A stretch of DNA of 64,000 bases from Octopus vulgaris (GCA_951406725.2 OX597819.1:130076001-130140000), one strand, 5' to 3'. Counted from the first letter of the stretch, positions 27,961 through 42,077 are shown. Made by a program: numbers and translations. Notes: generated from the letters alone by a model not told the origin.

Positions 27961-28207
27961 GATCCCTCGTTGATTCCGTCATTGGCACATGCTAAGCATT
28001 ACACATCACGAGGTAATCTCGAAGTCAACAAATATACATAGTAATTTACATTTTTTACGTAAGCCAATGCATTCTCTTACGGCAAAACTATCACAGAATA
28101 AGCTTGGAAAACACAGCATCCCTTTCTCAAACCCCAGAATATAGAGGCAGTGTCTGCCTGGGTAGAAGTAGCAGATATTTCCATATTTACTGGATATTTC
28201 CATATTC

Positions 28208-28431
28208 TCTCTTTTTACTCTTTTACTTGTTTCAGTCATCTGACTGCGGCCATGCTGGAGCAGCGCCTTTAGTCGAGCAAATCGACCCCGGGACTTATTC
28301 TTTGTAAGCCCAGTACTTATTCTATCGGTCTCTTTTGCCGAACCGCTAAGTGACGGGGACGTAAACACACCAGCATCGGTTGTCAAGCAATGCTAGGGGG
28401 ACAAACACAGCAGACACACAAACACACACAC

Positions 28432-28479
<48 letters not shown>

Positions 28480-28641
28480 GACAGGCTTCTTTCAGTTTCC
28501 GTCTACCAAATCCACTCACAAGGCTTTGGTCAGCCCGAGGCTATAGTAGAAGACACTTGCCCAATGTGCCACGCAGTGGGACTGAACCCAGAATCATGTG
28601 GCTGGTAAGCAAGCTACTTGCCACACAGCCACTCCTGCGCC
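28208..28641 (-). mobile_element. Full-length SINE family A
   Basis: tRNA-like head, CORE-like ttgggcaagtgtctt segment, internal (TA)n(TG)n, LINE-like tail, (taaaaga)n end. Confidence 0.93.
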
Positions 28642-29347
28642 TATATATATATATATATATATATATACTTTCAAGTACCCAATTTCAATGGGAAAAAGAG
28701 GAACAGGGTAACGGGGTAGAACTCGCAGTGTAAGCACGGTTGTAAACTCCCCGATAGTCAAGTGTTTCATGGTTGCATGGTTCGATTCCTGTGCAAGCCT
28801 TATCACAGCACAGTCTCTTCTATCTTTGATATTGAGCTGTAGTCAACAACCGGAACAAAGCTATGGCTTCCACCGAACTGAGTTACCTTCTCTTTGGTAC
28901 ACCACTCCGAGGCGACGAAGCAGAAAACTCATTAAAGATTGTAAGATAAATCGTTTTCAATTATGAAACTGCAAAGTCATCAACTACGAAATGTGTTTAA
29001 AATAAATGGAGCTGAGAAATCGAAAGCTGCTGACAAGACTCAGCTTGTTGAGTTTGACTGATATATATAAAGCCAATAATATATATATATGTATTTATTC
29101 TAATTCAGTTGAGTGGTCTGGCACGGTAATGGCACTACACTATTGTAATTGAGGACGAAATGAGCCTGTACGGGTTCGTCTTCCTTACCAGAAATAGCAG
29201 CCAAATAAATATCACTCGCATTAAACTATGCCACCTTAGAATATAAAATAAATGAATTACATTAGAAAGTGTAACACAAGATAATTATAAAAAGGAAGAT
29301 GGTCACGACTGGAATAGGCCTGTTCGATTAGAGCTGATATGGAGCTT

Positions 29348-29349
<2 letters not shown>

Positions 29350-29394
<45 letters not shown>

Positions 29395-29656
29395 TTGGCA
29401 AAGAACGGTTCTCAACCAACAACTACCGGCTAAAAAAAAAAAAAATTTCAACAACTCGAGACGTGATGGTTCCAGCCCCCCCCCCCCGGGTCAAGTTTTC
29501 AGGAGCCGCCTACCCAACTTCGCTGTTCCTCCACCATCTGCACAGCCCAAGGAAGAGATGGCTGAGGATGGCGGAGAGGCAGGTGGTGATTGAGGAGCAG
29601 CACTGACCAACTATCCAGCCGGTAGTTGCTAAACAACAACAACAACAACAGCAGCA

Positions 29657-29688
<32 letters not shown>

Positions 29689-29730
29689 AGCAGCAACAAC
29701 AGTAACAATAACAACAACAAAACCAATGAC
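29350..29730. repeat. (CAG)n and (CAA)/(CAG) tracts flanking a GC-rich unique segment
   Basis: Visible. Confidence 0.85.
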
Positions 29731-30623
29731 AACAAAGTGAAATGGTCAGCCTGGAGTGACGGAAAGCTTCATGCATGACGCAAACTATGCTTTTGCCCGT
29801 GACTGAGCACAGCTTCGAGTTGACACGGTTAGCGATGTTTCTTTACGAAAAAGTCTGTTTGATCTCCAGCATCAATATTTGCAGAGTTACATCGATGCAA
29901 CAGAATCAATTGCCATTGGTTACACATAGAAACACATCACAGAAAACAGTTACGCTTCTATTGTCTATTACGTTTCTAATGTCTACGAGGACCAAGCTAA
30001 AATAAGATTGTTGATATACAGGCGACATTTATTAAGGGCATAGACAAAAAAGGATTATATTGTTGTTCGGGACCCACCGTTTAGAATGGCCGGACACATA
30101 TTCTATCATAATAACAAACCCCAAAAGTTTGCTATGATGAACAGTAGGAGCGAGCGACGAAAGCATTAGTGACACAACACTGATGACTACGAGCATCTTG
30201 GGGAATAATTCCTCATAGGAAGCTATTCCGGAGCATGTGGAAAGTCGAGATCACCAAGTTGAGATTTCTCCTGAGTGTAGTGTAAAATGAGCTACCATCT
30301 TCGGCAGTATTATGCGGTGTGGAGGCAATGAATCTTTGGAGTTATACTCTTGTCAGCAGGATGATCATTCCTGTTTGAACGTGCCTGCATACATATCCAA
30401 GATTTTGAGTATCCATGAAGATGAATCAACACAACAATGCAGAAGGATCAACTACCGAGTTAACCCATTTTATTTTACAAGTGGAGACGGCAAAGGGCAA
30501 AAAGGGAGCGGAAAATAGAAAGGAAGAACTGGGGCTTCTGTGTGGTGCTAAATGATTGTATGATTAAGGTGAATTTGAAAGGAAGTCTTGTATCCCCAAA
30601 CACAATACAAACACGAAGGGAAA

Positions 30624-31005
30624 GAGGAGGCGCAATGGCCCAGTGGTTAGGGCAGCGGACTCGCGGTCGGAGGATCGCGGTTTCGATTCCCAGACTGGGC
30701 GTTGTGTGTGTTTATTGAACGAAAACACCTAAAGCTCCACGAGGCTCCAGCAGGAGGTGGTGGCGACCCCTGTTGTGCTCTTTCGTTCCAACTTTCTCTC
30801 ACTCTTTCTTCCTGTTTCTTGTCCCCGACTTCCTACGCAACCGCTGAGACTGGATGCGCATTCATCCATCCGTCGATGCTCTCGGTGTCGGGGGTTGACC
30901 TACTTTCTCTTCTGCGGGTCTTACGAATAGCAAAGGACCACGTTTCGGACTTCTCCCACCTTGCGAGCTCTGGGACGAAGACCGCTTCGCTCAACAACAA
31001 CAGCA
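30624..31005 (+). mobile_element. SINE with a family-B head and a different 3' half; 11-bp TSD
   Basis: Matches family B to ~30810 then diverges; ends (CAA)n; TSD acgaagggaaa at 30613-30623 and 31006-31016. Confidence 0.88.
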
Positions 31006-31984
31006 ACGAAGGGAAAATAATGGAAAAAAAAGAAAAAAAACAGTCGTAATTTGTGGTAGCTTAGATAACGAGAGAAAGAGTAGGCTACACTAACTCGGAC
31101 ATTCACCGCTCGACGCCGTCAATGGCAGCGGCCGGAAGGTATCGAAATCGTTGGTATTCAGTCGACAGCTGAAGAAGGGAGAGTCTCGCGGCGCAATTCA
31201 CGCATACATATGCAAATACGCGTGCGCACGCACAAACTGATTTAGAAAAGCTTTTGTGTGCGTGTATATATACACACGTATATCTGTGTGTGTGTGTGCG
31301 CGTATATTCATGTGTGTGTTTGGTGTGTGTGTGTGTAGATATGTGTATAAATATACGTGTACATGTATACATATACGTATATATTCTATACGTAAATGTA
31401 TATGCGTGTGTGCGTGTGCATGTGTGTGTGTGCACGTGTGCATGTGTGTGTGTGCACGTGTGCATGTGTGTGTGCGCACGCTTTTCTAGAATGTACAGTG
31501 AATATTTATATTCATAATTTGTTTGAAACTTCCAAAATTATACAAAAAAAAAACGAAGCAAAACGGATAAAAACTGATTCTTGCTATTGTTTAATACGTT
31601 GATGTTTTTTTATTTATTGTCTGGTCTGATGGTATGGTGTTGGTGGTGGTCGTCGTGGTACATTTACCGCTAATGTTTTACTTGTAGATGTTGTATTTTT
31701 GTAGTCATGATCATTTTTTTTTTACATCTGTCTCGATTTTGTTTGGAGCGAACTGGGAAAGACGTTTTGTTCAGGAAATAGAATTCTTTTTTTGAAATTA
31801 TGCGATTCACATCTACAAACATATGCTCACATAAATTCGTGCACACACACACTCACATATTCAAATATGAATGTATATCTTCGTAGAGTGGGGGAAATAA
31901 GAAAGCACCAAAGACAAATACAATAAGCATAAAATAAAAGCAATAATAACATTTTATATTATTTAATAAAGTAGTGAAGATTTT

Positions 31985-32324
31985 GTGAAGGCGCATGGCT
32001 CGGTGGTTACAGTGTCGAGCTTACGATCGTGATGCTGTGAGTTCGAATCCCGGACCGCGTTGCGTGTTGTGTTCTTGCGCAAGACACTTTATTTCACGTT
32101 GCTTCAGTTCACTCAGCTGTAGAAATAAATTGCAACGTCTCAGGTGCCAAGCTGTATTGGCCATTGCCTTTCCCTTGGATAACATCAGTGGCAAGGAGAG
32201 CGGAGGCTTGGTATGTAAGGGCGACTGCTGGTCTTCTATAAACAACCTTGCCCGGACTTCTGCTTTGGAGGGTAACTTTCTAGGTGCAATCCCACGGTCA
32301 GTCATGACTGAAGGGGGTCTCAAT
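31985..32324 (+). mobile_element. tRNA-derived CORE-like SINE family D with 13-bp TSD
   Basis: A box tggctcggtgg, B box gttcgaatccc, CORE-like ttgtgttcttgcgcaagacact; TSD tagtgaagatttt at 31972-31984 and 32325-32337. Confidence 0.88.
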
Positions 32325-32419
32325 TAGTGAAGATTTTATAACTGATATTCATGGTAGCGAGGTCGACGGCAATGATGATGATAATGATGATGATCATGAG
32401 GATAATGGTAAAATTAATG

Positions 32420-33004
32420 ACCTACTATCGGCACAAGGCCTGAAAATTTTAGGGAAGAGGTCGAGTCGATCCCATTGCTCAACTGGTACTTATTTTATCG
32501 ACCCCGAAAGGATGAAAGGCGATATTGACTTCGGCCGAATTTGAACTCAGAACAAAAAGACAGATGAAATGTTCGTTTCTACTCTAGGCACAAGGCCCGA
32601 AATTTTGTTGGGGGGTGGGGTGCAGTCGATTATATCGACCTTAGTACGCAAGTGGTACTTAATTTATTGACCCCGAAAGGATGAAAGACAAAGTCGACAT
32701 CGGCGGAATTTGAACTCAGACAGATAAAATGCTGCTAAGCATTTTGCCCACCGTGCTAAAGATTCTGCCAGCTCGCCGTTTTATCAATAATCCTTTCTCC
32801 TATAAGTACAAGGCCTGAAATTTTGGAGTAGGGGAAAAGCCGATTACATCGACCCCAGTGCTCTACTGGTACGTAATTCGTCGACCCCGAATGGATGAAA
32901 AGCAAAGCCGACATCGACGGAATTTGAACTCAGAACGTAGCAATAGGCGAAATACGACTAAGGGGGTTGCCCGGCGTGCTAACGATTCTGCCAGCTCACC
33001 GCCT
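32420..33004 (-). mobile_element. Three tandem SINE family C copies
   Basis: Module ggcacaaggcc..tcgaccccgaaaggatgaaaggcaaagtcgac..gaatttgaactcag repeated three times. Confidence 0.9.
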
Positions 33005-33156
33005 TAACAATAATGGTAATAATAGTGAGTAGGAACAGAGGCTACTGCAACTATTGATGATGATTGTGAAGAAGTAGATGTGATGGAAGGAAAAAGGCCC
33101 ATAACAATTAATGTGAAGGGTGCAGCTGATTTATCTGATCCCAAATCCTTGATTGA

Positions 33157-33572
33157 TCGAGCTGGCAGAAACATTAGCACGTCGGGCGAAATGCGTAGCC
33201 GTATTTCATCTGCCGTTACGTTGTGAGTTCAAATTCCGCCGAGTTCGACTTTGCCTTTCATCCTTTCGGGGTCGATTAAATAAGTACCAGTCACGCACTG
33301 GGGTCGATGTAATCGACTTAATCCATTTGTCTATCATTGTTTGTCCTCTCTGTGTTTGTCCCCTTGTGGGTAGTAAAGAAATATTTATTTCGTCCGTCTT
33401 TACATTCTGAGTTCAGATTCCGCCGAGGTCGTCTTTGCATTTCATCCTTTCAGGGTCGATGAAATAATACTAGTTACGCATTGAGGTCAATATAATTCAT
33501 TAGCTCCCTACCCGAAAATTTCCGGTCATGTGCCTATAGTAGAAAGGATTATTATTATTATTATTATTATTA
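33157..33572 (+). mobile_element. SINE family C with duplicated body and (ATT)n tail
   Basis: Matches family C; ends gtgcctatagtagaaagg(att)n. Confidence 0.9.
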
Positions 33573-34003
33573 CTTTTTCTTTTCTTCTTTCAAATTTGCT
33601 TCCATTTCTTGCCGAGTGTCTTCCCGACTCCTAGGGCAAAGAAACTGATAGTATACATTGGTAGGCCATTAAACCAAACTCAATAGTTCGTTCATTTTTT
33701 TAATTTTTTTTTTTTTAAGTTAAATTAAAATACATGAGCAGCAACAGTTCTCACATCGACAATGCTCTTCTCAATACGTGTGATGTACCAGTTAAGACAA
33801 TCTTTTGCACTTCTTGCAGGGATGGTAAGCCAGGGATCATTCTCATATAATTTTCGGTTCCCTTCTTGATCATTCCTAGTGCTCCTACGATCACTGGTAT
33901 TGTAACCGCCTTGAGATGCCACATTTTCTCAATTTCAATGAGTAGGTCTTTATATTTTCTGAGCTTGTCAAACTCTTTCGCTGAGATATTATGATCACAG
34001 GGG
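33573..34003 (-). mobile_element. R4/Dong-like retrotransposon 3' end (REL C-terminus and 3' UTR)
   Basis: Uninterrupted PCDHNISAKEFDKLRKYKDLLIEIEKMWHLKAVTIPVIVGALGMI...VQKIVLTGTSHVLRRALSM*; (TAA)n on both sides. Confidence 0.9.
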
Positions 34004-34650
<647 letters not shown>

Positions 34651-35418
34651 AGCAACAACAACAAATATTGTTGTTATAGCTGTTGTTGTTGTTGTCCCCA
34701 CCATCATCGTCATCATCATCACCACCACCAATGCCATTATTTATATTCCATGTTGAGAGATATGTTTAAAGCATTGACATGAAACATAAACGAGTCCGTA
34801 CATTCTACTTTATGTCATTATCTCTATTTTAAATGCAATAAACTCAACAAATTATTATTAAATAAAAGATAAAATTCTTTTATTTGATAAATAACCGTAA
34901 AATCCACTAATTTGATTTTCGAGTTCACATGTCCTTGTGATAATAGTAAACATCATGTTAATATTTTATTTATTATATTATACAGAATGTTTTCAATTAT
35001 AAATAGGTTAATTTGCACTTGCGAAGCAGCTTGCTATTATATCTTATTAAACTCAATGACAGAATATCGGTAAATATATAAAGTCGTCTCCATAGAAACC
35101 GTTTTAAAAAGATTATCTATGAACAAAAATGATCTTAGATTACTTAAATTCTATCTTAAATTGAAATCTTCTTAAAGAAATACGAGAAACCAATTAGAAT
35201 TTGTCTCACATGATAGGTTAGAGTCGAATCACGTTTCAAAAACAACCAACATCTCTAAGTAGAGAATTGGTGTAATTAGATTTATGTTCTGTTTATGACG
35301 ATGCGATTGCCGAAGATGTTAATTGGGCGTTTTCAACAATGTGATGTATGTATGTATGTATGTATATATGTATGTATGTATGTATGTATATAAGTATATA
35401 TGTATGTATATATATATG

Positions 35419-35451
<33 letters not shown>

Positions 35452-35560
35452 GTATGTGTGTGTGTGTACCCACGCCCACACAACAAACACTCACATACAC
35501 GCACTTATATACATTTGCAAACACTAATATATGCCAGTAAAATTTGTCCATATATACATA

Positions 35561-35591
<31 letters not shown>

Positions 35592-35622
35592 ATATGTATA
35601 TATATGTATATATGTATATGTA

Positions 35623-35673
<51 letters not shown>

Positions 35674-35691
35674 ACAGGTGTATATATATAT

Positions 35692-35812
35692 ATACAGGGC
35701 GTGATGGGTAACTTGTAGCCATTTTAGATTTTAGATTTCACACATGCACATTGTTTCTTTTTGATTTTGTCGACTACACAGTATAGTAGGGTCAGTTGGG
35801 CATCCTCTTGGG
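35692..35812 (+). mobile_element. Possible Tc1/mariner terminal fragment
   Basis: Starts TA-CAGGGCGTGATGGGTAA at a (TA)n edge; no partner TIR seen. Confidence 0.3.
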
Positions 35813-35814
35813 GA

Positions 35815-36045
35815 AATCTAGTCAAATAAATCGACTCCACTACTTATTTTTTTAAAGTCTGGAACTTATTCTATCGGTATCCTTTTGCCGAATGAGTGAC
35901 AGGTTTCTTTCAGTTTCCATCTATCAAAACTACTCACAAGGCTTCGGTCGCGCCGAGGTTATAATAGAAGACTTTTGCCCAATGAGCCACACTGTGGAAC
36001 TGAAACTGAAACCACGTGGTTGCAAAGCTAGCTTCTTACCACAGA
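35815..36045 (-). mobile_element. Diverged SINE family A
   Basis: Recognisable head and CORE-like segment. Confidence 0.75.
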
Positions 36046-36239
36046 CATCTCCATCTCTTTCCCCCGCCCTATCTCTCTCTTTCTCTCTCACTCAATACAC
36101 ACACACACACACGCACACATACATAATAATACACGCGTTGGTTATATATCATGTCTTTTATTATTATCATTTAGGCAGTTAACTAATCGAAAGTTTGATT
36201 AACCGTTCAGTAAATGAATCAGTTAAGTTTCGTCACCAT

Positions 36240-36655
36240 AGGCGCAGGAGTGGCTGTGTGGTAAGTAGCTTGCTTACCAACCACATGGTTCCGGGTTCAG
36301 TCCCACTGTGTGGCATTTTGGGCAAGTGTCTTCTGCTATAGCCCCGGGTCGACCAATACCTTGTGGGTGGATTTGGTAGACGGAAACTGAAAGAAGCCCG
36401 TCGTATATATGTATATATATATAAGTGTGTGTGTATATGTTTGTGTGTCTGTGTTTGTCCCCCTAGCATTGCTTGACAACCGATGCTGGTGTGTTTACGT
36501 CCCCGTCACTTAGCGGTTCGGCAAAAGAGAGACCGATAGAATAAGTACTGGACTTACAAAAGAATAAGTCCCGGGGTCGATTTGCTCGATTAAAGGCGGT
36601 GCTCCAGCATAGCCGCAGTCAAATGACTGAAACAAGTAAAAGAGTAAAAGAGTAT
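36240..36655 (+). mobile_element. Full-length SINE family A
   Basis: ggcgcaggagtggctgtgtggtaag...ggttcagtccc...ttgggcaagtgtctt...(TA/TG)n...ggcggtgctccagcat.gccgcagtcaaatgactgaaacaag(taaaagag)n. Confidence 0.93.
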
Positions 36656-36984
36656 AGGCATCATACCTCATCAATGACATTCCGCTCTACTTTAAGTCAG
36701 CTTTAGGTCTGTCTGCCTCTAGACTTTATAACCCTCCCGAGAAACAACAATATCTGTTTCAACATACGAGTTCAACTCAAAAGTCTTGGAAACTAAAGGA
36801 AAAAACGACACATACACACAGAGAGACGTGTGTGCGCGACCCCCCCCCCCCCCAAAAAAAAAAACACAATTCCATTTTTATATCTTGAGGCACAAACAGA
36901 GCTATAAATAATATGTTAGTATTAGGCTGGAAATCCCTTTTGGATGTATAAAGTCAAAGGCTGACAGTGTCTACATACATATAC

Positions 36985-37390
36985 GCGTGGATGTGTGGTA
37001 AGAAGCCTGCTTCTTAACCACATGGTTCCGGGCTCAGTTCCACTGCGTGGCACTTGGTGGAAGTGTCTCCTGCTATAGCCTCGGGTCGACCAAAGTCTTG
37101 TGAGTGGATTTGGTGGACGGATGCTGAAAGAAGCCCGTCATATATATATATCTATACATATATGTGTGTATGTGTGTGTGTGTGTGTGTGTGTGTCCCTC
37201 TAACATCGCTTGACAACCGATGCTGGTGTGTTTACATCTCCGTAACTTGGCGGTTCGGCAGGAGACCGATTGAAAAAGTACTAGGCTAACAAAGAATAAG
37301 TCCCGGGGACGATTTGTTCAACAAAAGGCGGTGCTCCAGGATGGCCACAGTCAAATGACTGAAACAACTAAGAGAGTAAAATAATAAAAG
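36985..37390 (+). mobile_element. SINE family A
   Basis: Matches 36240-36655. Confidence 0.9.
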
Positions 37391-37604
37391 AATATATATA
37401 TATATATATATATGAAAATCATATACACATATGTGTATGTGTGCGTGTGTATGTGTGCGTGTGTATGTGTGTGTGTGTCTGTACATATATGCATATATAA
37501 TTAAATACATATACGTATATATATAAATATATATTTCGAGTAATTAGACTTGATGCAGTTATAATATCAAGAAACACAAAAAACAAATCTTTCTCCAAAT
37601 ATAC

Positions 37605-37649
<45 letters not shown>

Positions 37650-37704
37650 GGTAGGTATGTATATACTGTATATTATGTGTGTGCGTGCGTAAGTTATATG
37701 TCTG

Positions 37705-37748
<44 letters not shown>

Positions 37749-37756
37749 TATATATA

Positions 37757-37787
<31 letters not shown>

Positions 37788-37792
37788 GATAT

Positions 37793-37885
<93 letters not shown>

Positions 37886-38289
37886 GATATACACATGTAG
37901 ACATGTATGCGTATATATATGCACATATGTACGTTCAGTGCTCTACGAGTGCGCATTGAGCACTTTTGTTGACTTACGAAGAAAATTATTAGCACCACAT
38001 GACGCTGTTTACAATATACATGTGCACACACTTACAGACAGGAAACGTTTAACACAAGCGTTTATATAAAAGCAATTGAGTGCACGTACATATGTACACT
38101 CACACAATTATACATAGATTATTTATATATTAGTAAATTGAATATATGTGTCAACGTGAGGTATGTGTTTGCATGTATTATGCTTGTATAGGTTTCCAAG
38201 TATCTATGTGTATGTATATAACTGAGTCGATGTGTATATGTGTGTGTATGTGCTTGTGTGTGTGTGTATGTGTGTGTGTGAGAGAGATA

Positions 38290-38320
<31 letters not shown>

Positions 38321-39895
38321 CATATATATATATATGATAGGACAAAAAAATTGTGTAATAATAAAAATCTCGGAATTAGATTTCTTTTAATGAACTAAAA
38401 CTATTCGTTGATAATTGGGTATCAAACCTCAATGCTGCATATCACATATCACTTCAAAATAATAAATAAAGATAAAAATGAAAAGTGAGATAATCTAATA
38501 TCACCACACACACACATACACACACACACACATACACACACATACACACACATACACAGACACACACACGCACACACACATACTCATACGTACATATACA
38601 CAAACACCTTCCACGCACACAATCATCAATTAGAGGGTGATTTATTGAATGATGTATGCAAAGAGTTCTTAATTAATTGAAATTTCCTGGGAGAAAAAAA
38701 TACAAAAAAAAATTTTAATAATTAAACATAGTCGACGATCTACAAATCTTTCGCTCCTTTTGGCGCCAAGAAACATCATATGACTTCCAGCCAATTGCGA
38801 CGAAGGTCGACCGACTGAGCGGAATCGTGGTTCGGTATTTTGTAACCTGTGTTTGTCTCTCGTCAATTACGATACCTGTAAGACTCGAAGATAAAGTCCC
38901 ATTTAAAGACTTGTACCAGAAAATAAATAAAAATAAATAGAAGTTCTATGTGTGGGTTGGTGGGGGTCCGTACTGTTATATATATAAACACGCACACACA
39001 GATACAAGTATACTTCTTATATACGTGTCAAAATGCGTACGTACATACTTAATGTATATATGTTCACACATGCATATATGCGTATGTATGTACGAATGTA
39101 TTAAGTTGTAACGATATAATACATTACGGTAATAGAGTTATTGTAGAAGACTTTTCTATTTTCTCAAAGGTGAAATCAATAATAATTTGAGGTTTATAAG
39201 TATACTAGCACTATGATCCAGCAACGCCGGGTCATAGTGCTAGTGCATGCATATACAGCTGCGTGCGTGCGCACATACACTCGAGTACTGTCCAAATCTC
39301 CGACCAATCACATACAGCTAGCTGGCATTCAATTGGCGTATCAAGTTTCGGGCATTTTGATTGGGTTTTGGATTGAAAATTTACAAAAGAGCCACTTTTA
39401 TTGATTTTCTAATGACTTTGCGGGATGACTAGGGAAATGTAAAGATGTGCACGACCACCCTTGGATGGTTTTCAATGACCATAGAAAGTGCAAGCCCTCT
39501 AACTGAAAAATTGTGGATTTGTATAAAGGACACACACACAGACATTTTGCCGTTTATATATAGAGATATACATACATGCACACGCGTGCACACACATACA
39601 CACACACTCACACACATACACACACATACACACACACACAAATACATATGTAACGAATGGCGTTGCGCCACACCACCAATCCACTGGATCCACTAGATTT
39701 TCATGGTTGCATATCTACGGAATCCTACCACCGCTTAAAGTCTACAATGTTATTGCAGTTCACCGTGAATTCAATGTGTTTGTCTGTAGCCATTTTCTGG
39801 CGTCTTACATGATGATTTTCTTTGATTCTTAAAGAATCCTTATAACTAATTCTATGTATATGTGTGCGTGTGCGTGTGTGTATAAGAGAGAGAGA

Positions 39896-39948
<53 letters not shown>

Positions 39949-40014
39949 ACTCTGACAGCCATTGCCCATCTCTATACACTAAGAGTGGATACACGAACAC
40001 ATTCATTCCACTCC

Positions 40015-40650
40015 TGACCGACTTTCCTAAAAAAGTAACCAACTTTGGTGAAAGCATCTTCACCTGTTGGACACTTATTTAATGATTGACATATTGTTCA
40101 ATCTGCTGTTTTCATACAAGTATCTTATAAATGGCATTATATGACCACATTCGCAATATCAGTCGATTTGTCGAACCAAAATGCAAATTTTGTATTCCCT
40201 TTGATTTTTCAATAGATCGCAAAAGAATTGTACTGTTAATTTCAGCATTCCTTTAATGTTGTTTCACTGAGATTTTTCTTATTTCTTATACAAAACTCGT
40301 TCTGTGAATAATTTCTTCTATATTGCCTTCCACTGGCCCTACAATAGCTTCGACAATTTTGTATGGTTTCTTAGTTTTTGTAATTAAGTATGAGATTCCG
40401 AATGGTGTTACTTTTCACTGAAACTATTTTGGTACATTTAGAAATTTCCATGAATAGGTAAATAAGCATTAACATTTCTCAGAATAGAATTTTAAAACTT
40501 AGGTGTCAAGTATTTGCTCCAAATTACGTAGATTGGATGGTGTTCTTGATGACTACACGGAAAAGTAAACCAAAAGAGTCATGCTACTGCAACCAGGAAC
40601 TTTAGCATTGTTTTCTGGCATGTTCTTTGTAAATTTCAACCGTTTATCTA
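40015..40650 (-). pseudogene. hAT (Charlie/Buster-like) transposase fossil
   Basis: Broken peptides FWFTF..HPIYVIWSKYL, SYLITKTKKPYKIVE, KFAFWFDKSTDIANV..PFIRYLYEN, PTGEDAFTKVGYFF; same order as Buster/ZBED5-type motifs (KKPHTIAE, FAIQLDESTD, FVRY, TTGEDIF). Confidence 0.75.
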
Positions 40651-41987
40651 TGGAGGGGTACTTTCCTTTTTTCCGCTATAAAAACATGACATTTTGAAAA
40701 TAAGAGTAAAAAGAAAATTTATGACTTAAAAAGTGACCTAAGTTAGTCAAAACGAATTTATATTTATAAATGTTCAAACTACATTAAAAAATCTAAAAAA
40801 CTAAAGCATCATAATCTTGTTTTCATATTTATTGAATTGATTATATGTGTTGATTATATGTTATATAAAGTTACTTAGAAAATTTGAAAAAAAAAAATCC
40901 GTTCGTTATTTTCTGATCCTAAGAGTAAATTAAATACTTGTCAAAATTAAATTACTTTAACAAGTACCGACCATTGCAAAACAACTCACTACTAATATTG
41001 ACTGTGTTTCCAGACCAAGAATTCCAAAACATAACTGTAATCACATCGAATTAACATTATTCACAAAATACTTCCTTTTCTCACACTGTTTCTATGCCAT
41101 TGAACGTAAGTTCTAAGGTGCCAGGTGGCGCCAAGTCACCATACCAAATAAGATACATATTATATAATGAGAAATTTATTGCACTGAACTTACAAGAATG
41201 AGTATTTCTAGAAAAATATAGAAAAACCTTGTTTTGCAGATGCTCAGTTGCATCACCGACAAATAACTTTACCATGTATAGCGCTATTTGATGGCATCAC
41301 CCATTGAAAATGCAAGTAAGGAATAGAAACTGAAGAACAATAGAAAATGTTTAGCTTTTGTATTTGGTTTGTAAAATTCTTGATGCGAACTCCTCTATTC
41401 AAATGAATCTTCTTGTATCTCGAGAGGGTCATTATATCAATAATAAACACACGCACTGCTTCTATATCACTTCTTTATTGTTTGTAAATTTGTTAAGTAT
41501 TTTCCCATATAACTAATCGATTATTAATCATCCGATCGATTAGTTAGTTGGTTAAAAAATTAACTAATTATCCAATAATAAAAAAGTGAAATTAAAACAA
41601 TGCCTGTGTTTATTATTGGCATTATGCTTTCCCCAACAATTCGTTTAATGTTGTGTTGCTGTTTAGCTTTTATTCCATATTCATATATTAAACTCTTTGG
41701 GCACTTTTATGGTTTTTATACATGTATGTATGTATGCATATGCACCTTCTTGACGTCACCAAAATTTATAAACTTCGAGAGAACGCGAATAAAAACATAG
41801 TTTCTAAAATTAATAAAGAAATTTGAGGAATTTCCTTGGTTCAATGATAGAAAGTATGTCATAATCACTGGCAATTTGGATTCGTGTCCAGCGAGTAGCC
41901 TTTTTTTTCTATCCAAAGGGTTTTAACTCTTTATGGATGTATTTATTTGGTGCCAGATACCCGTTCCCAATACCAATATATATATAT

Positions 41988-42032
<45 letters not shown>

Positions 42033-42043
42033 TATATATATTC

Positions 42044-42077
<34 letters not shown>

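Noticed and set aside
30626-30700. tRNA genes at SINE heads (also 31990, 36240, 51319)
   Set aside because: A/B-box-like motifs are present, but there is no closing acceptor stem and each continues into a SINE body
32420-33004. CRISPR-like repeat-spacer array
   Set aside because: Repeats are ~150-200-bp SINE modules in eukaryotic DNA; no unique spacers and no cas genes
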